IMG/VR virus record: IMGVR_UViG_3300045988_032792 | Span: 1-46,495 of that record | Reading direction: 5' to 3' (one strand) | DNA length: 46,495 bases | From: a virus | Shown here: piece after piece, positions 39,804 through 46,495 of the stretch | Numbering within the stretch: the stretch's first letter is position 1 | Layout of the letters: each line of letters starts with the position of its first letter | Notes under the pieces: generated by a model | Database searches by the model: none | What the model saw: the letters and a program-made list of their open reading frames with translations, nothing else | What the model was told of the DNA's origin: nothing | Position numbers and translations under genes: made by a program

Positions 39804-41435
39804 ATGAATCTCACTCCTAAACAGAAAACGTTTGCAGATGAATATATAAAAAACGGTGGGAATGCATCTGACGCCGCAAGGAAAGCTGGATATAAAAATT
39901 ATGAAGTGGAAGGCTATAGATTGATAAGAAATGATAAGGTTTTATCTTATATAGCCGAAAAGCAGGATAAAATCGAGAAACAAAAATGTACCGATATCAT
40001 GTCTCTGGCAGAAATCCAACAGCGCCGTTCCATGATTGCAAGAGGTGAGCTAACGGATTCATTTGGCTTTGCTCCGGACTTCTCCGATCAGCTCAAATCC
40101 ATGAATGATCTGGAAAAGACACTTTCTATAAAAGAAGCCAGAGAAGAGCAGCGGAAAGCAGAAGAAAAAGCCAGATTACAAAGCGAATATCATATTGATC
40201 TGGATATTGTCCCGGACGTATTTCATAAAATGATTAGAGATATCCGGAAAAAGAAACATAGCGAATACATTCTCCCCGGCGGGCGTGGATCCATGAAGTC
40301 ATCGACAATATCATTGATTATACCGGAACTGCTGAAGAATAATTCGAACATGCACGCTCTGATTCTGCGAAAAGTCGGAAACACTATCAAAGATTCTGTT
40401 TATGCTCAGATGAAATGGGCTATTGATAAATTAAATCTAAATGAGGAATTTACGTGCAAGGTATCTCCTATGGAGATTACATATAAGCCTACTGGACAGA
40501 AGATATACTTTCGTGGTGCTGATGATCCATTAAAGATTAAATCCATAAAGCCGGAGTTTGGTTATATCGGCATCGTCTGGTTCGAGGAGCTTGACCAGTT
40601 CGCCGGGCCAGAAGAAATCCGTAATATCCAGCAATCTGCTATCCGAGGTGGAAATGAAGCATATAAGTTCAAATCGTTCAACCCGCCTAGGAGTAAGAAT
40701 AACTGGGCGAATGAATATACGGCAGAAGCAGAAGAAAAGGACGATAGCGCACTGGTTGTACATAGTACATATCTTGATCTTGACATTGAGCAGGAATGGC
40801 TCGGAGATATATTCCTTGCAGATGCTGAACATCTAAAAGAAGTAAATCCAGACGCTTATGACAACGAGTATTTAGGACACGCCAACGGAAATGGTGGAAA
40901 TATCTTTGAATACATCGAAGAAAGAACTATCACAGACGAAGAAATTAGTCACTTTGATAGAATTTATCAAGGTAATGACTGGGGATGGTTCCCGGACCCG
41001 TATGGATTTATCAGACTATATTATGATTCTGCCAGAGAAACGATATATTTCATTGACGAAATATATGAGAACAAGAGATCAAACGAATGGACCGCAAAAG
41101 AAATTAAACGGCGTGGCTACGATGATTACGCGATCACAAGTGATAGTGCAGAACCTAAGTCAGTAAATGATTACAGAGATTTCGGATTGCCTGCTAGACC
41201 AGCAATCAAAGGACCGGGAAGCATCGAATACTCTATGAAGTGGCTGCAAAGAAGAAAGCTTGTGTTTGACCCTGCTAGAACTCCGAACGCAAGGAAAGAG
41301 TTTAAGAAGTATGAATACGAGCGAGACAAAGACGGAAATATCATCAGTGGCTATCCGGATAAGGATAATCATCTGATTGACGCGACCAGATATGCTACAG
41401 AGTCAATGTGGATCAGAAGAGGTAATAGTGCATAA
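39804..41435 (+). CDS. Terminase: small-subunit-like DNA-binding N-terminus fused to PBSX-type large subunit
   Basis: Residues 1-125 are LTPKQKTFADEYIKNGGNASDAARKAGY (TerS-type HTH). They are followed by Walker A GGRGSMKSS, Walker B IVWFEELD, and nuclease motifs GNDWGWFPDP and DNHLIDATRY in one ORF. Confidence 0.88.
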   Translation: MNLTPKQKTFADEYIKNGGNASDAARKAGYKNYEVEGYRLIRNDKVLSYIAEKQDKIEKQKCTDIMSLAEIQQRRSMIARGELTDSFGFAPDFSDQLKSMNDLEKTLSIKEAREEQRKAEEKARLQSEYHIDLDIVPDVFHKMIRDIRKKKHSEYILPGGRGSMKSSTISLIIPELLKNNSNMHALILRKVGNTIKDSVYAQMKWAIDKLNLNEEFTCKVSPMEITYKPTGQKIYFRGADDPLKIKSIKPEFGYIGIVWFEELDQFAGPEEIRNIQQSAIRGGNEAYKFKSFNPPRSKNNWANEYTAEAEEKDDSALVVHSTYLDLDIEQEWLGDIFLADAEHLKEVNPDAYDNEYLGHANGNGGNIFEYIEERTITDEEISHFDRIYQGNDWGWFPDPYGFIRLYYDSARETIYFIDEIYENKRSNEWTAKEIKRRGYDDYAITSDSAEPKSVNDYRDFGLPARPAIKGPGSIEYSMKWLQRRKLVFDPARTPNARKEFKKYEYERDKDGNIISGYPDKDNHLIDATRYATESMWIRRGNSA

Positions 41436-41764
41436 TGAGTAAAATAGGAATAGAACTACCGAAAGAGTATTCGGACAGATTTGACAAATTACGACAGAAT
41501 CGAGTGGAAGTCAGCTTTTATAAATATGGCACAGCAGCAGACAACTTTGGAATGAAATTAGTAGATGCACTTGAATCACATGATATGTGCATTAAAAAAT
41601 ATAAAGAAACTGGAAACACAGAATATCTTTGCGATGCAGCAAATTATCTCATGTTTGAATTTATGTATCCACAGATTCCGAATGCATTTTTCAAAGCAAC
41701 AGATAGCGGAGAGAGTGCCGGAGTTGCCGGAACACCAATAAATCAGCTAAAAGAAAAATGGTGA
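41435..41764 (+). CDS. Hypothetical helical protein between terminase and portal
   Basis: 109-aa ORF. Start overlaps the terminase stop. Confidence 0.6.
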   Translation: MSKIGIELPKEYSDRFDKLRQNRVEVSFYKYGTAADNFGMKLVDALESHDMCIKKYKETGNTEYLCDAANYLMFEFMYPQIPNAFFKATDSGESAGVAGTPINQLKEKW

Positions 41765-41768
41765 CTAA

Positions 41769-43220
41769 ATGGGACTTATAACAACACTAAAAAGGTGGTT
41801 TAACATGATATTCAAAAAACAAGCCGAAGAGGACTTTAACATCCAGGCGGCAGAATTTCCAGAAATGGAATCACTGATTAACCGGTGCGCGAACATCTAT
41901 AGGGGAGTACCGGAATGGCTAGATGACAAGAATAACATCAAGACGATTAATTTTGCGAAATCTGTGTGTTCTGAGACTGCCAGACTTGCAACACTGGCGA
42001 TCGGCATTCAGATAGACGGTTCTGCAAGGGCAACATGGTTGCAGGAGCAGATTGACAAGGTGTATTTCCAAATACGTCACTGGGTAGAATATGGATGTGC
42101 TTATGGAACGGTATTCATTAAGCCGAACGGCGAGAGCCTTGACGTATTTACTCCGGCAGATGTGATGATTGTGGATTATGACAATCAGGAAATCAAAGGG
42201 ATTATATTCAAAGATTCTTATACTGTTGGACGGAAATACTACACAAGGCTTGAATATCACAGGTTTGTTGAGACAACAGTGGACGGAGTGACAACCTATC
42301 CGTATTATGTTTCAAACAGAGCCTATGTATCAAAATCTCCTCAAAACATCGGAGACAAGATTGACCTTAAACAGACCAAATGGGCTGACCTTATGGCAGA
42401 TACACCACCGATTCTTAAAGCAAACGGTGAGAAGCTGGACGGAGCTTTATACGGAGTACTTCGGACACCACAGGCAAATAATGTGGATATCAGTACACCA
42501 CTGGGGCTTCCAATATTTGCAGAAGCAATTGAAGAGTTGAAAGACCTGGACATTGCATACAGCCGTAATGCAAAAGAAATCCTTGATTCTAAGAGAACCG
42601 TTCTGGCGGATGATAGAATACTCATGCCGAGTGGATCACCAGTAGCAGCTATGACACCGCAGGCCATGGAGCACAGATGCAAAGAAATGAGTTTGCCGGA
42701 TTATGTGAAAAATGTATTCGGACAGGATGAAAAAGAGTTTTATCAGGAAATCAATCCGATTTTAAACACAGATACCCGTATAAGCGGCATAAATGCCCTT
42801 TTAAGCCAGTTGGGGTACAAGATTGGATTCTCCAATGGGTATTTTGTTTTTAACGAATCTAGCGGCATTCAGACAGCCACAGGAGTAGAAGCGGAACAGC
42901 AGAGGACAGTGCAGTTCGTCAAGGATGTAAGGGATAAGTTAGAGTCTTGCCTAGATGAAGTTATTTACGCATTGAACGTTTACGCTGACCTGTACGGGCT
43001 TGCACCGGTTGGGGCTTATGAAGTCAATTATGATTTCGGAGACATCCTATATGTGCGTGAAAATGACCGCGCAAGATGGTGGCAGTATGTGGCCACTGGC
43101 AAGATTCCGTTCTGGTACTATCTGGTAAAATTTGAAGGATTTAGCGAAGAGGACGCGAAAGCTCTCGCAGAAGAAGCGAATAAGGAAAACAAAGCAAGTG
43201 GATTATTTGGGGATGAATAG
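41769..43220 (+). CDS. Portal protein
   Basis: 483-aa ORF after the terminase gene and before the MuF-like gene. Size and position fit an SPP1-type portal. Confidence 0.85.
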   Translation: MGLITTLKRWFNMIFKKQAEEDFNIQAAEFPEMESLINRCANIYRGVPEWLDDKNNIKTINFAKSVCSETARLATLAIGIQIDGSARATWLQEQIDKVYFQIRHWVEYGCAYGTVFIKPNGESLDVFTPADVMIVDYDNQEIKGIIFKDSYTVGRKYYTRLEYHRFVETTVDGVTTYPYYVSNRAYVSKSPQNIGDKIDLKQTKWADLMADTPPILKANGEKLDGALYGVLRTPQANNVDISTPLGLPIFAEAIEELKDLDIAYSRNAKEILDSKRTVLADDRILMPSGSPVAAMTPQAMEHRCKEMSLPDYVKNVFGQDEKEFYQEINPILNTDTRISGINALLSQLGYKIGFSNGYFVFNESSGIQTATGVEAEQQRTVQFVKDVRDKLESCLDEVIYALNVYADLYGLAPVGAYEVNYDFGDILYVRENDRARWWQYVATGKIPFWYYLVKFEGFSEEDAKALAEEANKENKASGLFGDE

Positions 43221-43223
43221 CCT

Positions 43224-43655
43224 ATGAAGATTAATAATCATGTTGGAAATGTACATATCAAATTCGATACAAAGCGGATTGATGGCAATTTGAAAGAAGC
43301 GCAAACGAAACTGAATATGCAGATTGTAGCGGACTGCGAGCCTTATGTACCTTTCCAGCAAGGAGCATTGAGAAGTAGCGTAAGATACCCGCAGGGAATT
43401 GATGGTGGCGAGATTGAATATAATACTCCTTACGCTCATTATCTGTACACGGGCGAGGTATATGGTCCGAATATTCCGCTCAAGGATGCACAAGGCAATA
43501 TTATCGGATGGACATCTCCACCTAAAAAATCACCCACAGGGAGAAGATTACAATACCATACACCAGGAACGTCCGATCACTGGTTTGATCGTGCTAAGCA
43601 GGAACATCTATCTGATTGGGTGCGGCTTGTAAAAGAAACGGCAGGTGGTAAATAA
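43224..43655 (+). CDS. Minor capsid / HK97 gp10-like protein (putative)
   Basis: 143 aa. PYVPFQQGALRSSV...IEYNTPYAHYLYTGE pattern. Confidence 0.6.
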   Translation: MKINNHVGNVHIKFDTKRIDGNLKEAQTKLNMQIVADCEPYVPFQQGALRSSVRYPQGIDGGEIEYNTPYAHYLYTGEVYGPNIPLKDAQGNIIGWTSPPKKSPTGRRLQYHTPGTSDHWFDRAKQEHLSDWVRLVKETAGGK

Positions 43656-44905
43656 TGCTTCCACCAGAGTATTTCCACGGAAAAGAAAAAAGGATCCTTT
43701 CGATCTATCAGAAATTGGAAGATTTTATAATGACGGATATTTCCAGGCGTATTCTCCAGACTGGCAAAATGACTGCCACAGCTGATCGGCTTATCTGGAA
43801 ACTCACGCAAATGGGAGAAAGCAGAGCTGCCATTGAACAGAAACTGCAGAAGCTTACAAAAATGACACAGCCAGAACTTAGACGGATCCTGCAAAATGCT
43901 GTGATGACATCTTGGGATAATGATAAAGATATCCTTTTAGGGATTGATGAGAATATAAGTCCGCCGTTGGAAAATCCAGAAGTTATAGCGGTGATGGATG
44001 CAGAGTTTAAAAAGACATTGGGAGAGCTTAGTAACCTGAGTAGGACTACCATAAATCAATCTCAGCGTGATCTGATTAATCTGCTGGACAAAGCTGAAAT
44101 TCGTGTTACTTCCGGTGTGCAATCTTACACCTCTGCAATTTGTGATGTGTTGGACAACTATGCCAAAAAAGGAATTATGGTGGATTATCCAACAAGCGGT
44201 GCAAAAAGAACCCTTGAAGCAGCTGTGAGGTGCTGCGTGGTAACAAGTATGAACCAGACAGCGGCGCAGATCACTAATCAGTACATTGTGCAGGCAAAGA
44301 CAAATTACGTCCTCGTATCAGCCCATCTGGGAGCCAGAACAGCACAGAAAGGACAGCCGCCTTGCGGAGATCATTCATCCTGGCAGGGAAAGCCTTACTC
44401 AATAGTTGGATCGGAACCGGGATATCCTAATCTTTTGGAAAGCACTGGATATGATATAAGTCCGAAGACCGGACAGGGAACCGTTGTGGATCTGCATGGA
44501 CTGCATGGATATAACTGCCGTCACTCTCACCAACCATGGGCGAAAGGATTACGGAATCCCTGGGCGGATGAACACAAGATGGATTCTGAAGAAAATAAAA
44601 AGATCTATGAAGATACCCAGAAGCAGCGAGCAATGGAGCGTTCTATTAGAGCGACTAAAAGAAAGTTGATAATGAAGAATGAAGAAATCAACTCAGACGA
44701 TGTACCAGAATCTGAAAAAGAAAAACTAAGATCGGAATATGATCGAATGGCTTTTAAACTGACTGAACAGAATAAGGAGTATAATAAATTCTGCGAGGAA
44801 AACAATCTTGCAGCACAATATTACCGAAATAAGGTGGCAGACTTTGGATATAAGCAGCAGTCCAGGGCAAATGCCGGGGCAAAAAGATTTATGAGAGCAA
44901 AGTGA
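43655..44905 (+). CDS. Head morphogenesis protein (SPP1 gp7 / Mu F-like minor capsid protein)
   Basis: 416 aa. The GYNCRHSHQPW motif is typical of this family. Basic coiled-coil C-terminal extension. Confidence 0.85.
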   Translation: MLPPEYFHGKEKRILSIYQKLEDFIMTDISRRILQTGKMTATADRLIWKLTQMGESRAAIEQKLQKLTKMTQPELRRILQNAVMTSWDNDKDILLGIDENISPPLENPEVIAVMDAEFKKTLGELSNLSRTTINQSQRDLINLLDKAEIRVTSGVQSYTSAICDVLDNYAKKGIMVDYPTSGAKRTLEAAVRCCVVTSMNQTAAQITNQYIVQAKTNYVLVSAHLGARTAQKGQPPCGDHSSWQGKPYSIVGSEPGYPNLLESTGYDISPKTGQGTVVDLHGLHGYNCRHSHQPWAKGLRNPWADEHKMDSEENKKIYEDTQKQRAMERSIRATKRKLIMKNEEINSDDVPESEKEKLRSEYDRMAFKLTEQNKEYNKFCEENNLAAQYYRNKVADFGYKQQSRANAGAKRFMRAK

Positions 44906-44912
44906 GGTAACT

Positions 44913-45299
44913 ATGGACAGATGGGTGTGTTTCAATCCAAATCCGGTAAGAGGACAGCGTGTAGGAGACTGTGCTGTCCGGGCGATATGTAAGGCTTTAG
45001 ACCTTGACTGGGAAACGGTGTTTACCGGATTGATGGTACAAGCGTGTGCCTTATCCGATATGCCAAGTGCAAATTACGTATGGGGTTCATACCTGGCAAA
45101 GCAAGGATTCCATAGAAAGCTAGTGGAGCAGTCGGAGCGGTATATCTATACGGTGAATGACTTCTGTGCAGATCATCCGATCGGCACGTACATTCTCTGC
45201 ATAGATGGCCATGTGGTGACGGTACAAGACGGAAAATATTATGATACATGGGATTCCGGAAATGAAGTCCCGGTATATTACTGGGAAAGGAGCTTATAA
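44913..45299 (+). CDS. Putative papain-like / NlpC-P60-like cysteine hydrolase
   Basis: 128 aa. GDCAVRAI (Cys), IDGHVVTV (His) and YYDTWDSG (Asp) are spaced like a C-H-D triad. Confidence 0.5.
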   Translation: MDRWVCFNPNPVRGQRVGDCAVRAICKALDLDWETVFTGLMVQACALSDMPSANYVWGSYLAKQGFHRKLVEQSERYIYTVNDFCADHPIGTYILCIDGHVVTVQDGKYYDTWDSGNEVPVYYWERSL

Positions 45300-45301
45300 A
45301 A

Positions 45302-45607
45302 ATGAGCATACAGGAATTTATTCAATTTTTTCTTTCAGTCTGCGGAGGAATATCAATTTTTGGAGGGGCAGCAGCTGTAATCCTTAAGTGGATTGCTCCG
45401 GCATTCCGACTCAACAAGCGAGTTGAGACACTGGAAGAACATGATAAGCGAGACTATGAAAGTCTTCAAAGGATTGCTGAGAGAGATTCCCTTATCCTGG
45501 AAGTCCTATCAACCATGCTGGACAGTCAGATCAGCGGCAACAATGTGGAAGAATTAAAAAAAACAAAACAGAAGCTTACAAATTATCTTGCACAGAATCA
45601 GCGTTAA
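45302..45607 (+). CDS. Membrane-anchored coiled-coil protein
   Basis: 101 aa. N-terminal TM FIQFFLSVCGGISIFGGAAAVILKWIA. Confidence 0.6.
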   Translation: MSIQEFIQFFLSVCGGISIFGGAAAVILKWIAPAFRLNKRVETLEEHDKRDYESLQRIAERDSLILEVLSTMLDSQISGNNVEELKKTKQKLTNYLAQNQR

Positions 45608-45624
45608 TTGCATTAATAAGAGGT

Positions 45625-45831
45625 ATGCTCATGAAATTATATGTGTTCACAAAGAAAGATATAGACAGATTCTTAGTAGAGTGTAATTTCACACCGGATG
45701 AAGAAAGATTGTTTCGGCTGAGATGCAAGGAATATACACTCGAATACTGTGCTGAACAGATGAACGTGAGTATATCCACGGCGAAACGATTGAGCCGGAG
45801 AGTAAACAATAAAATAATTAAAGTGTGCTGA
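45625..45831 (+). CDS. Small sigma-70 region-4 / LuxR-type HTH protein
   Basis: TPDEERLFRLRCKEYTLEYCAEQMNVSISTAKRLSRRVNNKI. The alternative start ATG 45631 has better RBS spacing. Confidence 0.65.
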   Translation: MLMKLYVFTKKDIDRFLVECNFTPDEERLFRLRCKEYTLEYCAEQMNVSISTAKRLSRRVNNKIIKVC

Positions 45832-45850
45832 TACTTTTTAGACACTAATT

Positions 45851-45886
45851 AGAGCCAGAAACGACCTGTTTCCGGTTCTTTTTTTA
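45851..45886 (+). terminator. Rho-independent terminator
   Basis: AGAGCCAGAAAC-gacct-GTTTCCGGTTCT stem (12 bp, one mismatch) followed by a T run. Confidence 0.7.
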
Positions 45887-45919
45887 TGCAAAAATATAAT
45901 CAGAAAGGCGGTGTATAAA

Positions 45920-46381
45920 ATGGCATTATATAACAATCCTTATCAATATAGTTTCGGCGTTCCAGGACAGATGAACCAGTTCCAACAGCAACCTGTCCAG
46001 ATGCCAGCTCAACCAGTACAGCAGAATAATAATGGAATCCTGTGGGTATCTGGCGAAGTAGGCGCAAAATCTTATCTGGTAGCACCTGGAACAAGTGTTT
46101 TGCTGATGGACAGTGAAAGCGAAAAGTTCTACATAAAATCCACAGACGTTTCCGGTATGCCACAACCATTACGGACGTTTGAGTATCATGAAGTAGGCTC
46201 TCAGATGCCGCCTAAACAGCCTGTTCAGAACATGGAGAGTAAATACGTCACCAGACAGGAATACGACGATTTAAAGGGCAAATACGAAGCTATTATAAAC
46301 CGGTTAAATTCTTTTTCTGAACCTGTTAGGGCTAATACCGCGCAGGAATCAGCAGTCAAGGGAGGAAATGCAGATGAGTAA
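45920..46381 (+). CDS. Hypothetical protein with Gln/Pro-rich N-terminus and beta-rich core
   Basis: ATG 45920 after gaaaggcgg (track GTG 45911 is possible). Product MALYNNPYQYSFGVPGQMNQFQQQPVQMPAQPVQQNNNGILWVSGEVGAKSY... Confidence 0.7.
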   Translation: MALYNNPYQYSFGVPGQMNQFQQQPVQMPAQPVQQNNNGILWVSGEVGAKSYLVAPGTSVLLMDSESEKFYIKSTDVSGMPQPLRTFEYHEVGSQMPPKQPVQNMESKYVTRQEYDDLKGKYEAIINRLNSFSEPVRANTAQESAVKGGNADE

Positions 46382-46495
46382 TCCATTATTTAACGCACTT
46401 GGCGGTGGGATGCCGCAGGGAAACGGACCAATGCAGATGATACAGCAGTTTATGCAGTTTAAGGAGAATTTTAAGGGAGATCCGAAAGCAGAAGT
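46374..46495 (+). CDS. 5' part of junction-spanning Gln-rich small protein (continues at 1..177)
   Basis: ATG overlaps the upstream stop (ATGAGTAA). The ORF is open to the window end and in frame with position 1. Confidence 0.6.
   Translation, partial: MSNPLFNALGGGMPQGNGPMQMIQQFMQFKENFKGDPKAE
46419..46495 (+). repeat. Terminal direct repeat, identical to 1..77
   Basis: Base-by-base identity with the window start. Confidence 0.97.

Larger units (their letters stand above)
1..46495. mobile_element. Complete temperate siphovirus-type phage genome (circularly closed contig, 46,418-bp unit)
   Basis: Full set of modules is present: terminase, portal, capsid, tail, lysin, integrase, CI-like repressor, replication. 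The two ends are identical over 77 bp. Confidence 0.9.

Noticed and set aside
1-46495. Reverse transcriptase/DGR, retron, toxin-antitoxin pair, transposase or CRISPR-Cas components
   Set aside because: No ORF shows the corresponding catalytic motifs (YxDD, DDE, HEPN and similar) on inspection of the translations. Absence is judged by eye only, not by profile search.

Overview
The window is a complete, circularly closed temperate siphovirus-type phage genome. Positions 1-77 are identical to 46419-46495, so the unit length is 46,418 bp. The host is probably Gram-positive (Firmicutes/Clostridia-like), judged from GGAGG-type RBSs, a CHAP+SH3 endolysin and the gene families present. Almost all of the sequence is coding.

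Gene order, read circularly:
- Late regulator and late promoter (about 39.2 kb), then a fused small/large terminase, portal and MuF-like head-morphogenesis gene.
- A transcriptionally insulated cassette of five unknown, low-complexity proteins that crosses the junction (45.9 kb to 2.1 kb).
- A second copy of the late promoter motif, three tRNAs, scaffold and major capsid.
- Connector genes, interrupted by a 1.5-kb island (Zn-ribbon, holin-like, basic protein, DUF4417).
- Major tail, chaperones, tape measure, Dit/Tal, and a metallophosphoesterase tail fibre.
- An opposite-strand Zn-ribbon gene, then the endolysin.
- attP region with ATTAGTCACA repeats, tyrosine integrase, lysogeny morons, and a CI-like repressor with a back-to-back promoter switch.
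- Early genes: Gp157, ERF, SSB, ERCC4-like nuclease, CHC2 primase finger, DUF927 helicase, iteron origin, Dam-like and Dcm-like methyltransferases, YopX and many small Zn-ribbon ORFs.

No CRISPR array, rRNA, reverse transcriptase/DGR or transposase was seen.

Observations most worth follow-up:
- The junction-spanning cassette, which has spore-surface-like sequence features.
- A conserved hairpin leader upstream of both the capsid and the tail-tube genes.
- A 14-nt late-promoter motif present twice with identical spacing to a -10 hexamer, plus paralogous regulators.
- The iteron origin.
- An antisense transcription unit over int.
- Convergent promoters in the switch region.
- A cluster of stop- or frameshift-interrupted early genes.
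- The TerS-TerL fusion.
- The phosphoesterase tail fibre.

All family names come from motif recognition by eye. No searches were run.
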